Below, piece by piece: positions 19,001 through 34,000 of a DNA stretch of 64,000 bases. Each line of letters starts with the position of its first letter. The stretch's first letter is position 1. Source of the stretch: an uncultured virus (IMG/VR IMGVR_UViG_3300042887_000846) (Duplodnaviria > Heunggongvirae > Uroviricota > Caudoviricetes); IMG/VR virus record IMGVR_UViG_3300042887_000846; one strand, given 5' to 3'. Both the position numbers and the translations under genes were made by a program. A model generated the notes under the pieces. It had not been told where the DNA came from and ran no database searches. It was given only the letters and a program-made list of their open reading frames with translations.

Positions 19001-22000
19001 CCAAACTACTCCGTCTGGGCTAGTTAACAATCCAGCACTAGTTCCCACTACATAAATCGTATTGAATCCAGATGCCACTCCCTTTAGAGTTCTATCGTTC
19101 AATCCTGTAACTCTAGTCCAAAACTCTCCGTCTGTGCTTCTTAATATCAATGCGTCATTGAGCAAGTCTACACCTACTGCGATATAACCAGAGAATGCAG
19201 TAGTCTCTACGTAAGAAACATCAAACAAATCTCTAAATTGGTCAAATATCGGGAATCTAAATCTCTCATACCACATCGTAGTATCTGTGCTTGTAAGTAT
19301 GCTCTTACCTACAGCCACATACAAGCCATCATGATATGTGACAGCATTCAATGGTATGCCCGCCGCGATCAATCTTACTTTGAAGAAGTCTGCTGATTCG
19401 GGAGGTGTACCTATAGGTACTACAAATCCATTAGTGCTCCAACGTACTTTATCTACGCTCTTAAATAACGGAGTCGGTGAGTTGGCTGATGTCATCAAGT
19501 AAACGTCATCACCCTTAGTGATATCGGTCAACGACAATGTTTGATTTGCTAATGTTGATAGCAACCACTCATCTTGTATTTCAATATCTGCGATTACTGC
19601 CGCATAGTTAGGTAAGTTTGCAGGAGCGATGTAATTTTGTCCATCCCATTCAATAGCAGGAACATTAACCTGAGTAGGATCAAATGGTGTATCTACTAAT
19701 CTAGTATCTATCGGATACTGCTGATCAGGTTCGAATGCGTTACCCTTGTAAGTAGTGTTAGGATATGTCAATCCAGTGAACAATTGTGTCAAGTCTGTAC
19801 CGGGCATGTTCACATCAGGATCGTAGTAACCCTTAGCACGATCTAATGCATTCAATCTGCGATCACCGCTATTCAATTGTTCCCATTTACCAAACACAAA
19901 CTCGTCATCGTTATTAGAAACAATACACATCCAAACACGATTGTTATACTTAACTATACTTGGAGTGAATGCGAACGGTTCTGGTAGCAACATGAATGAC
20001 CCTGGCTTAGTCGCTACAGGATAATTTGTAGTGAACGGGCCTGCTGTACCCACTGTTATCGCTGTACCACCTGGTTCTGTCGCTATGGTAATGTTATTGC
20101 TTATTATAGAACGAACATAATAAGTTTGCCCTTCTACTATGCTCAACCCTGTAGGTAAGTTAGTGAATACTATATTATCATTCACTGCTAAACCAGTAAC
20201 GTTACTCATTGTTATACTAGTAGCAGATATCTGCGTCACGTTTTTCTGTGTGAATCCTTGATACGGGAAATTGATTCCGCTTACTGGTAGTTGCATCAAT
20301 GGGTCGCTGTATACCTTGAAAGTATTAGTGCCGGTTACTTTCAAGAAATAGTTTGTAGCAGTACCGATCGGTGTTCCGGACTCTATAACTTTTGTGATCT
20401 CTCCGTCACTCTCTCTTGGTAATGACCAACTAAACGCACCCGCTTCTATCGCATTGATTCTTGATACCGTTAGTGTCAAATCATTATCAGGTGTAGTACC
20501 GCCCAATAATGTTCCCGGTATAGTGATAGTGTTATTTTGTGTGAATCCTAGACCACCGTTGTTTATAACAACACTATAACCGCCCAGTATATATCCAACA
20601 TCAAATGTAGGATCTGCGATTATTTCTTGATCTAATGTAGCAGTATCGCCAGATGCTGCCAAGACTACTGTAGCACTACCTGCATCAGTCAACGACCCGG
20701 TGCCTGTGGCTGTGAATTCCGCTATAAATGCAGTACCTGCTCCTACCGTCAATATACCGGGATTTTCTACTGTGAGGATATCATTGACATTGTATGTAAC
20801 TCCGGTAGTTCCGGCTATGATGTTCCAGTTAGTAGTTCCTGTAGTATAAATGATGATTTTTTGACCCGGAGTCAATGTCGCTACGTTGTTTATATATGTG
20901 GCACCTATAGTTGACCAAGCGGTCGATGGTGTGCCATCACCCACATCACGTATTACGTACTTGTAGCCAGTCGTCAATGATCCTAGTGGTAAGTATGCCT
21001 TCAATGAAGGGCTACCTGTACCCAACATAGTTCCATTGCTAACTGTCAGTGATATAGATGCTTCGTCTTTAACTTGGCTTACAGTAAATCGTGTACCGCT
21101 TATGATATGTCTAACATAGTAAGTGAATCCTGATACTATACCGCCCAACGGTATCAATGAGAACACTATAGGCATTCCCTCATAGATCATGTTAGTATTG
21201 TAATCAGTTGCTACTGTTAATATACCAGTCACAGATGTTGTGTCGGTAGTTACTACTGGAACGAAATAATCTTTGCTTATTTCATATGTTCCTACTCCAC
21301 CTGTGCCGCTTATGTAACTCTTGATATAGGTATTTGTTTGAACACCGGTACCAGTCACTAATGTGCCTGGATACAACACACCTGAACCACTAGTGATAGA
21401 TGTGACATTCATCGTAGTTCCAGTGAATGATGCATTGTAGACTAGCGTTGAAGAAGTAGATGATTGACATACTATTTCTACATTTCCTATGTCGTATGCA
21501 TAATATGTTTTGCCTGATTGTAGTCCACCGATGTTGCTAGGAATATTTGCTCCTACTGTTGCTGACACAGTGAATGGGAATCCGGTATATAAACCTGTTC
21601 TGTTTGATGAGAACGCTACATCATTATCCGATAATGTTTGTTCAATGTTCTTTTGTAAAAGATTACCATATGTCAAGTTAGGTGCTGTGATATCTGCATA
21701 GTGCTGTGATGTAGGATAGAAAGTAAATTTCTGTCCGTCGACTTGGCCCGGGCTTACTGGTAATGACACTACCATAGTGCAACTACCTGTAGCGTTGGTC
21801 AACTGCTTAACACTAGCCTGACTAGTGATGAAACAATAATTGCCATTTGCCGGAGCAACAACACCCGTGTTGAATGTGCTACCGCCTGGTGTGGTGCTTA
21901 TAGTGATCACGTTGATACCTATACTCTTAATATAGTATATCACTTGTCGTTGTATGTTTCCAAATGTATCTACTGCTTCGCCATTAATTGACATACTATC

Positions 22001-25000
22001 GAATACGATAGGATCATTGACTTCTAAACCATTTGTGTTTTGTACTATTATCTGGCTTGCCGCATTCATCTCTAACACACGTACTGTAGCCGGATCAGGG
22101 GTTTCTGACAACGTGAATAGTTCACTGCCCAGTACTGAGACTACGTAATAAATCTTGTCTGCTTCTAGTCCACCGAATATTGTTCCTGTGAAGTATACCG
22201 GCAAGTTTGTGTATAGCCCGTTAGTTCCACCGGTACCTATAGCAGTCAATTCTACTTTGACTGCATCGTTGCTTTGAGTAGTTGCTGTTACATTTCTGTA
22301 ACCTGAATATATTGTAGTGATCTCAGCAGTATCTATGACTTGCGCTGTGAACATCTTCATATCTAAGTATGAGTTCGGGGTCAATGCTAGTGTGCTACCG
22401 CCCTGTGTCAAACTAATCTTGAATCCGCTAAGACTTACGATTTCAGAAATATAGTATGTCTGACCTGCTATGATCTGCGGGCCAGTGACACCAGTGAATT
22501 TTACTGGCATACCAATAGTGAAACCTACAGTAGATCCAGATGGGTTTTCGTCTCCGGGGCTACTAGTATATACTAACTTAATTTCATTATTAGATACGAT
22601 ATAGTCGATTGATCTCTCAAATGACGACCATTCTATATCTCTATCATTAGTTATGTTCACTATAGGAAATGCAGTTCCCTGTGCGCTTGATAATATTCTG
22701 TTGATATCAGGTTGAACGGATGCCAATGACACCTCACTACTTGCACCTTCTAATGTATAACTGACGAATTCAGAACCATAGAAAGTGTTAGCAGTCCAGT
22801 CAGATACTTGTGTATTGTATGTTGTTCTGTCGAAACGCAACGTGATATTGTTTTCTCTGATCGGAGTGCTTGATGTGATAGGTACTGCTCTAGCACCAAA
22901 CTCAAAGTTTTGAGTTCCTGTACCTTGAGTCAAGAATTTTACGCGATTATTATCGTTCAACGCATCAGCATATGTTGTATACAATGCTAATGTAGTTGTA
23001 GGACTTGAACTCAACACGTTGATATAATAGTATTGTTTGTTTGCTAATCCACCTACGTTTTCTGTGCCTTCAACATAACGAACTAGATCACCTGTCACCA
23101 ATATTGGTGCATAGATATCGATAGTATTGTTAGCAACACTAACGTTACTGCTATTGAATGAGAATCTCTCAGCAGGATCTATCACGATCTCTGGCGTCAC
23201 AGCATAACCTTGACCCGGATCAATGACATTAATTGCCACAACGCTACCTAGACTCATCACTGCTTCAAGCACAGCCTCTTGTTTAGGTTCTGGATATATC
23301 GTAGTATCAATAGACGCTAAGATTCTTGGTGGGTTGGCATAGTTTCTACCTGTGTCTAATACTAAGACTCCTGGCAAATCTATACGTATTTGTGCGCCTG
23401 GTAGATGATCAGTGATTGTAGTTTGGTCTACACCTCTAGTCAAACCAGTGATCAATCCCGTGCCTCTATCTACGTTAGCATAACTTATTTTTTCTTCACC
23501 GATAATCACAGTACCGTTAACTGGGAATCCTTGTGGATTATCTACGATCATATTCTGACTTGATAATGTCAAGTATGATTCAAGTTTTGCTATATGATAG
23601 TTTTCTTGACCTGTTAAACTGACACCATAGTTGTTAAACCATTCAGTATATTTTTCGTTAGTCCATACTGAATCATCTGGTAAAAACTCATAATCTGTAT
23701 TTGGATTGCTGTATACGAGTTCCGGACTGACGAACTTATCGATATTGGTATCATAAGTTGCAGGTAGATCAAAGTCAGTCAATGTGCCTGGATATACATC
23801 AGTTCTTTCATAGTCGAATGAGAATTCTTTGATCACTACGTGATAAGGTTTAGTCTCATTGATATAACCTTCTAGGAACTGTTCGTTATCGCTGACGAAA
23901 TTCTTTAATTCTCTCAGTTCGCGAACTTTGTGTGATACATCAATCAATGATGTCTTATTCAACCATGGCAAGTAGTTTTGATTTTCTATCGTCTCTTCTT
24001 GGATATACTCAAACAATAGTATCAAACTCTTGTTTCTGTATATCAATAATTCACTAGTATAAATCTGCTCGTTCAATGCACGTATGATCCAACGTGTTTC
24101 TTCGCTCGGGAACACATCGAAACTATCTGTATCATAGAACGTGCCGCCGAAACCATATCCAGCCGCAGAATAATCATATAATTCATCTTTGAATCTGATA
24201 GTACCGTTCTGTAATCCAATTCTAGTCCATACGCCTTCACCGTCATAACGATATGTTTCAGCAGATCCATTGCTGTTTTGTGCTACAGTTACTATAGTTC
24301 CTATAGAGACTTCCAATGTAGACAGGTCAGCATACACTTGAACCTGTAATACTGCCTTAGTGTTGTTATCGTAGCCAGGTGCCCACCAGTTGATGTTTTC
24401 CCAATAGTCTGTAGTATCATAATATCTTCCTGAGGTATTCAAGAAGTTGAATGATCTAATCTCAGATATAGGATACAATGCCATGATAGTATTGGCATAT
24501 TGTAGATAATTCTGTATCGCTTTATAGCGATTATAGAAGAAACTTTGTCTTGGTCTTGCTAATACGCCTGATTGAACTGCTTTTGGTAAGAACGGATCTG
24601 GCACCACAGCACCAGTCTCGTCAACACCGCTCATACTATCTAACAGTCTATCGTATAATGTTTGAGGTGTGACATACCCTCTTGTTCCGGGAACACCGGG
24701 CAAGAAATCATCGGGGAAATCTTGACGAATCAATGTAAACTGTTGATGCGCAGGATTGTCTTGGCTACCGGTGCTATAGCCTAATTGCAATACAGTATCA
24801 TTAGAATTTAAGAATGGCTTTACGTTATACAATGCTACTGCATCAGGTCTGACTGGTGCCATATAACTGATACCGGATGATTTTGGATTGATCAAATATT
24901 GCGTTATGTTTATATCAGATAATGACTTACCATTGTAAATGATGCCTGTGTTTCTTACCCAGAAATAATATACAGGTACTATAGTATTTGAACTATTCAA

Positions 25001-28000
25001 TACTGTTTGTACAGTATAACTAGAGATATCTTTAGGAGTTCCTGGGCCAGTATATGCAGAAGGCTGCACAGTACTGCCTACCCAACTGTATACTGCAACA
25101 TCGCTGCCTGGGAATAATGAGCCCCAATAACGTGCGTTATAACTGTTGTCGTTTTGATGATAATCGACATAACGTATATTTGATGTGTCGAACCATATAG
25201 TTCCTAATTGTGCTTCGCCCCATACTAGTGTTGCAGTAGCGGCTGAGTTGTTATAACCTGCAGGATCGATATTAGATATTACATCTATATTTTGTCTGAT
25301 CGCTCCTAATAATTTACCCTGCAATGGATCCATGTAATCTAAATTGCTGAGTGTATTGTTAGTCTCTGCGCTGAACAGTTGTACATTATAAACCTTGTCG
25401 ATGTCAACGACAGGGCTAGTCTGTCTCAAAACTATCCAGTTTGTAGTACCTAATGTGTTATCATATATCACTACTTGTCCGTCTAGGTCTTCTGGTCTAT
25501 AGTCAGGAGATCCTATAACAATTCTTCCAGCAGACCAATCTAGAGCAGAACCGTATCTAGGTTGAGCACCATAATCTAGGCTAGTATCATTTACGCTTTG
25601 AGCATAAGTGTAATTACCTATGTTCAATAGCGATTCATTATAGTTACTTAGATAGTCATATGCGTATACAGCACCTGCGTTTGCAAATGAGTCTAAGAAT
25701 TGTGTTGAATTATTATCAAAGATTGTATCATTTTGATAATTTTCATCATCAATAAAATCAAAAGTAGTTAGCGCATAACGAGTACCAGATGGTGCGCTAA
25801 TTGCTACGCTATTGTGTTCGTTAAACTTGATCACAGTGCCGAACTGGCTAGGTCCGGTCAAGTGCGGATTGAGTATGGTCTGTGTCTTAGCATAGAGTTG
25901 AAACCCTAACTCAGACAATGTAACATTGTTTGTCACTGATATCAATAATTCTTGATTGCTTAATGCTAGATTAGAATTAATTAGGCTAATGGTTAATTTA
26001 GAACCGTTCGCAGATGCAACTACATTTGTGATCGTAGCATTATTGATAGCCGATGCGGCCGCACTCGCATTGCCGGCTGGTATGCTTACTAAGTAACCAT
26101 TTATCAATAATTGTCTAGTAGTCGTTACGTTTACATCTGAAGTGCTAGTGATTGTTCCGAATCTTGCAGACCCGTTGGTATATCTAGTCACTGATCCTTC
26201 CGAATTAATAGAACTAATATAGAAAGGAGCACCTATTAATATTTCAGTAGCAAAGGTGTTGCTATCGACACAATGTCCAAACTGCGGGCCTATTCTAGTA
26301 TTGTCTTCTGAGACATTCATCTCTTGTATTTTGACGAACTGATTGCCACTTACTGTGATGATATCACCTACTGCATAAGTGCCGGTAAAAATAAACGTAG
26401 TTCCGGAGAACGAATAATCGCTAGGATCTATAACGATTCCATTTTTAGAAACTGTCAGTGGTAACCCTACAGTAGGGCTCCATGCTAGTGTGAATGTCAA
26501 CGGGGCTGTTGTTCCTATGGGTACTTCATAATTCTGTACTAATCTATTGTATACATATGAACGACCTTGATTCACCACATCTAAATCTTTGCTTGGTGCA
26601 CCTACGACTAGTATAGTGCCATCATTATTAGTGGACAATGAATAACCAAATCTATCTATTGTAGCGTCCCCGTCAATAGTAGCGACATATTGATAATCGC
26701 AACGTATAGCCGTGCCCTCGCCTGTCGGTGTTGTCGTTCCGTCCCACTTAAGGTATATGCCTGTTTCATTAGCGATAGGTTCAAGTGCTAGATCAACCCA
26801 ATTAACTGTGCCAGGATCAAGTATCTGATATGTCGCCGCGGCGTCAAGAACAGTGGTATTATCTACATCGATGATCTGATTTCTCTTGCGCAATACATGT
26901 ACTTTGTTTCTTGTGCCTATAGGATTTTCATTGTAGTCGCTTATGAACAACCAATTAGTATCACCTGACAGTGCCAATCCCTTACCGAAATTAGTTATAG
27001 AAGCACCTATGCTTGATGCTAATATTTCTTGATATAATATGATGTTATCAGTGACTCTTGTATCGTTTACAGTATACAATGAAACTTTAGGTGTGTTCTC
27101 TGGTTGTGAGATTGCTACTATGTTCTGCTCATGAACTATAGTAGTACCGAAAGTTGTGACCCCGGACAATATCTCATCAAGATCATAATCACCAGTGGTT
27201 GCATCAAACTGATAACGATATACCTTACCCAAGTTAGGATCACTAAACAAATAATCTATGAGTGGAGTGTACGCTACCGCGGAACCAAACTTCTGACTAT
27301 TTTCTTTTGTGAATTCTCGCTGATATTTAAAGTTTATGTTCTTGCGATATACTGCCCAACCTCCGTCATTATTCTCATCTACCCAAACTGTATTCTTTGT
27401 GAATTCATTGTTCAATAACGGTAGATTTTGTACATTGCCGGGCTTAGTAACTCTTTGTGAGGCGAATCTCAATGCTGCCCCTTCACCTACAACCGCTCTC
27501 ACGCTAGGAGATAACGTCAACGTTATCAATACTTCTTTAGGACCAATAATATTATTTGCTACATAGTAACCGTTTACTGAGCCGTCAAAATTGATGATAG
27601 CAAATATATCATAACGATTCAAGTTATGATTATCGGCAAATCGAACTGTGCTAGTCCCGTTTAAATTGTTGCGAACTAACAATACTCTACCGACGCTAGA
27701 TGGTGTCATTATCTGCCAACTTGCTTTATAGTCAGCAAGCCATACATAATCGCCGACATTAAGTTGTGATAACGATACAGTTAGACCGTCTTTACCCACA
27801 GCAGTTGGTAGATTGCTATAGAAATATGCTGACATCTTAACATCGTTTACGTTTACATATCCCGCTGTAGGGAATGTTGCGCTAGGAATGTCTGAAGTTA
27901 CTTCAGGTAGTATATTAGGATCGGTGACAGGTCTGCCGTAATTAAACAATGAATATAACGGTACTAATTGTTGTGCACCTTCTATATCATTGCCGTCAGT

Positions 28001-31000
28001 GATACCTACAATAGACGGGTTGTTTGAGAGATTAGATTCTTTTAATCTGAACTGAACAAAGTTATCGTTCAACGTACCGCCGAACGTGCCTTGCATTATA
28101 GCCCAGTTTTCATAGACATCATAATCGATTCCGCCTTGCGGTAAGTTTGCACCCTTGAATGCCTTCACTGCATTCAATGTTCCTTTTTCTCTGATTAGAT
28201 TTTTGTAAACATTTACCTGTGTGATATCTGTCAAGTCTGCGCTTGCCATGTACTCACGTGGTCTGAATCCTATCAAACTAAAACTCAACAAGTCTGCATC
28301 TTGTTCTAGGTTTGCTTTATTTGCATTATAGTACAATGCGCTTTCATAACTACGTGTGCTACTGTTAGGTAGCAATCCTTTTTGAACTTCATCGTAGTCA
28401 GTTTCTTTCCATTCATCTTCTTTGAATTTTAGATTTGGTTGTACTATCTTCAATGCTGTGAAGTATTTGTTCTTGTACTTGATGATGGCACCCTTAGTAT
28501 ATTTTAATCCGGGTACCCACTCTTGTATGTTATCTTGATTATAGATGAATCCTGATGCGAACAATGTACCGTTCCATTCACCGCTCTTAGTGCCGCGAAC
28601 ATAGATACGATTTTGTTTCAATCCAGATTCCAAGTTGTAGATAGTGTCGTTGAACAATGTCTCATTTTGAAATACGACCGCATGTTCAATATTGCTCAAA
28701 CTAAATTGACCATATGATACTGCATCACCTTCATTTAATGGTGATATGCTAAATCTAGTACCATCTCTGAAAATGCTCAAATCTTTATTTTGTATTGGAT
28801 ACATATTATTGTTCAATACAAAATTACTGTTATCATATGTCAATGGCTGGACAACTTGACTTTCTTTATCGATAGTCAACTTTCTAGCAGAAGGATTCAA
28901 TGTGATAATGCTACCGTCGATAAATCCAGTTTGTGTCCAATACAAGAATTCTGCTACCATTTGATTCCAAGTGATAGCAACGTTTTGTATCTGATCATCA
29001 AACACTGCTCCATTGGCTGTTAGCCAAGCACCATAACTCATCAAGAATTGGCTTACATCTTGCAGACTGTAATAGATTGTACCATACGGCACGATCTCTT
29101 CTTCGCTAGAATAATTGTCTGCTACATTTACCGTTGCATCTTGAACAGTGACTCTTTTCTTAGGACCGTTCAATATAGGCTTCAATATTTTAAAGAATGC
29201 TGTAGTCTGGCTGTTGCCGAACACAGCATAACCCTCTTGCATTTTTTGTACTACAACACCAGAATATATCAACTTAGTCATAGGTTGATTCTGATATAGT
29301 AGAATCTGATAACTTTCGTCAGGAATCAACAATGAACTATTACGTGACTCAGGTGTTCCCTTCTCAACGAAAAACTTCAATAGTGTCTTGTCGCTAAAAC
29401 CTGCTAAACGATATACCAATCTTACATCAAGATTAGTTAGCAATTCTTTGATATTCTTAGTAGCATCAACGCCCAATTGTTTTTCGTAGTCAACTACCCA
29501 GTTGATATAACTTGTCTTGGCAGTACCATTACCATAAATTTCTATGTTGGCTGGTACTAAGTGATTTCTTTCATTGACCAAGAATTGATTGAACTCAGCG
29601 TTATATTTGTAGTTGTCTAAGTCAGCACCCAAATTAAAGAATGCTGCTGGCTTCAATAATGCCTCAAGTCTCATTAGATCGAAAGGATATGTAGAACTCT
29701 TACGATATGAATATTCTACAGGTGCGTCATCACCTACTCTCCAGTCGCGCTTAAATGTCAGTTGGTTGTAGTTACCTATGACTGCATCTATTGGTTGTCT
29801 TAGTTCTCCTTGACTATCAACAGGAATTATCTCTAGCAATCCCGGTCTCTTATATAGTGTTCTTACTACTGGTTGACCGCCATTGTAATCAATACCGTTT
29901 TGTAGGTCAGTCCACAAAATTAAGTTATTGCTTGTGTATGGGGCAGGACCATAACGATCTTCCCACCAGACAGGCTTATTTGCATAACCGATCATATCCC
30001 ACGGTGTCAAATTTGGTGTAGAAGTATCATACAAGTATTCGTATATACCTCTCCAATATCCTTGCAACACTGTGCTATTATCTAATTTTAAACTACTGTC
30101 TCTGTAGTTGTATGTATAAGGATCGTTAGCGTTATATAATTGTGTTTTGTAATCAAGTCTATTTTGACCGATCCAATCTAAGAAATTCTTACTATATATT
30201 TCTGTGAATTCAACATATGATAATGCTGTGTCGCGGAAATAACCCGGAACGATTTCAGCAGTTTCGATAGGTAATGTTCTACTTAGTTTGATGTTATTAT
30301 AAACTCTAGTCTCAAACTCTAATAACACTTGATCTCTGAAGTCTACTAACATTCCTAGAGTTTCATTATAATCACCATATAGTTTATTATATGAGCCATC
30401 ATGACCCTGTATGAAATAAGTAGGTTCTATGTATGTATTATCCAATACTACTGAAGGTAGATATAATGGATATAGACCCAACTTAGTTGGAGTGTTGGGG
30501 ATATAAGAACCATAAGTTTGATTATATTCTTTGACTATGATTTTATCATTGGTTTGTAAAAACACGTTGACTGTCACGCTAGGACTATCTATGCTTACTA
30601 CATAATCTGTGCCTCTTACTAATTGCTTAGTAACTACGATGCCCTGTATCTTTCTTTGTAGATAAACTAGAACACCATCATAGTTAGCAGTACTAAAATC
30701 GTAAATCTTGCTTAATGGAAATACACTAGTCTCTGCTTGATTATTAAAGTTATATGTCTGACTGATATATGGTGCCTTGTTAGGTATCATGTCAGACCAG
30801 AAGAATGGTTGGTCTTGGCTCTTGACTGAAGTTATAGTATCCAATGCTAGATCAAGTATAAGCGCCGGATCATATTTTTGCTGAATGTTAAGTTTGTCTG
30901 TGGTATCGACTAATAATGTCTTGAACTTGATATATTCTCTGCTGTTGAATAATAGAGAATCAAATAAGTTATGTCTTGGGTTACGCAAGAATGCGCCGGG

Positions 31001-34000
31001 CAATACAAGGCTTGCGCTATTCTGTATGATTCTATTGCCCCATGGTACCATGTTACCTAGATCGCGATAATTGTTAGAACCAAACATCACGCCTGATGTG
31101 TCTGGATTATTATCAAAAATAGTTTGATAATGACCGCGTATGTCACCGATGTCTACATTATCTGGATTGCTATTGAATGGGTTGTTGCTTAAGTTGATAG
31201 GTATAGTGTAATAAGCATCTGCACTTACCTTGTTACTCAATATCAACACTTCAATAGGTGTGTCTATATCTTCAGACAACTTGATAGTGATCACTGTAGA
31301 ATCGATCTTGTTTTCTACAGTATAATCTGTACCCAATGTCAATATATTATTGTTGTTGTAAACTTCGAGGCTAGGCCATATCGTTGTATCAACACTTAAT
31401 TGCGGTACGTCTACAGTCACTACATAATCAAAAGTCTGTTCTGGCTCTAAGACTAATGCAGGATCATTCGCAACATATTCAAATTGAAATACTTGATACT
31501 GTGTACTTGGTGCTACTGCTGTCTGCCAGCCGATCAATCTATCATATTCATCTCTGGTATTGTAATCATAAACAAATCCATTATTTACATATGAAGTGAC
31601 TGAGCTTCCATTGTCGATATAATCAAATTGCTGTGTATATAATGACACTTCAAATGAGATATCACCTACGTTGTTAATAGAACTAAAACTGATAGGGAAT
31701 CCTAGAATAGTGTCATTTATACCTTCACTGATCTTGTAATTAAACAGTTTACATCCAGTAAATGACGAACTGTTGTAGACAGTTTCATCACCATAACTTA
31801 TGCCGTTTTCATCAAAGATATCAAATAACGGTGCTTGGTTAACTGTTTGTTTCTGTTGTGCTTGCTTATATTCATCACTATCGAAATAGAAAGTTTTTCC
31901 TTTATTAGAGAAACCTTTCTCAACGCTGAACATGTCGTTTTCTAAAACTAAGCCGTCTTCTGCTTCAGTCAATGTGATGACTGGATATGATTCTGATCCA
32001 GTGTTGTTGAAGCCCACAACATAAATCTTGTTTCTTATCAATAGGTTTTCATCTGCTGCGAACACAACTCTAGCGCCGGGAAACAACAATAAATCAGTAT
32101 TGTCTTTTGTGCTTGCTACAAATGATGCACTGGTCACTGCCGAAACTATGTTGTTAGATGGTATAGGCCAGTATACAGTCATCTGATAAGGATCTGTATT
32201 TTCTATAGAAAGTATTCTAGTACCTATAGGCAACGCGCTTGGATTATTCAATCTTAGATCATTTATCCATTGACCTTGACTAAATGTGCCCGTGACATGA
32301 TCTGGATCGATAGTTACTGTCGTGGTAGTTTTTTGTTTTACAGTTCCGTTACCCTGTATAGCAGTACCCGTACCAATAGCAGGGCCGCTAGCAGTAAATG
32401 TGCCACCTATTATAGGAGTACCGACATAGCCTATATTATTCCACTGAGTGGTACCCAATGAAGTGATCGTATACATTTGACCAGATGCAAGTTCATCAGA
32501 ATTCAATACACCGGCAAGTGATGTTTGGAACAATACTTTGAGCGCAGTACCGTTGCCGGTACCTGTACCTGATTGTTTTGCTGTAAATTTATTGCCCACC
32601 GAATATGAGACTGGGGTAGTAGTAGTACCAGCGATAAAATTCCAATTAGCCTGTGTAGTGGTACCCAAATCTGTTATGATATATTCTACACCTATTTCAA
32701 ATCCACCATCTTGATCTTGTATTGCACCCAATGATTGCCAAGTGACAGTAGAAGTCGATCCTAAAGTCTCTATAGCATAATATTGATCTATCAATAAATT
32801 GGCTACAGTGATAGGTGTGTTGTTAGAATTTACAGTTCCTTGATATGCGGTATATGTTTGTACATCAGGATAATAATTCTGTTGATTCTCTACATACTCA
32901 AATGCATTGGTTGTTCTAGTATCAACAAAATCTACAGCAGTTTTACCTATAGTACCTGAGTTGAATAATTTTAAGTTAGGATAAAATTCAAGTATAGGTC
33001 TTTTTGCTTTATTTGTTGATTTGGCATATTCATCAAGTATGGCTGAGTTATCGTTATAATCCGCAGTCGCTTGTATGACTTGTATATGGAACCAACGATT
33101 GCTACGCGCCCATGCATTTTTGTTAATGCTATTTCTTGCTATTGTGATATAGTCTGAATTGTTAGGTATATTTAAACCTTCATCAAACGGTCCTATGTCA
33201 TATGGTAATATATCATATGGGCTGTATGTTGATGTAGTGAAGGGCTCCGGAACTTCCAATGAAGTCACAGATATTAATTCTATAGCAGTGCCCACACCTT
33301 CTACATAGTATTCACCACTTAGATAACTTCGTGGTATGACATCTCCATCAAATGAGACTTTCAAACCATTAGTGAATACTACACCATTCTTTGATGTATA
33401 ATTCGTTTTACCTAATATATCAGCGTCAACATCGATCAAGTTAGTCTCATTGTTTTCAATCAATTTGATGACGCCTACTCTGTTAGGATTAGTACCGTCT
33501 TGATAATATAATGTGTCTAATGGGGCAGAGATGTACGGTAATTCTTGTATCACACCAGTAGAATTTTTAACGAAATGCAGTCCAACATATTGTGTACCGT
33601 ATTGCGGTGTGATCTTTTGTTCGATAGGTATAGAACCTGCAGGTCTTAGGCTAAGAACAGGATCATCTGCATCACCCAAGAATACTACAGTATAGAATGT
33701 GTCGTTTACTTGAGTATAAAATCCTTGCTCATACAATCCTTGATTGATTCTAACAGTCATAGAACCGCTAGCGGGGCTAGTAGGTAAGAACGTAGGACCA
33801 TTTAATGATTGGCTTATAGTGATTTGATTTGTTCCAGTATTAATACCAGTCACATAATAAATGTCTGGATTAAATGGGATTACAAAGCCGTTGCCTGCAT
33901 CGTTTGCGGCTGCTGTGAATATAGTACCTTCTTGTATAGGATAGACATTGATATTACTTCTAGCAACAGTTTGGTTGATGCTTACTGTATATGTAGGTAT

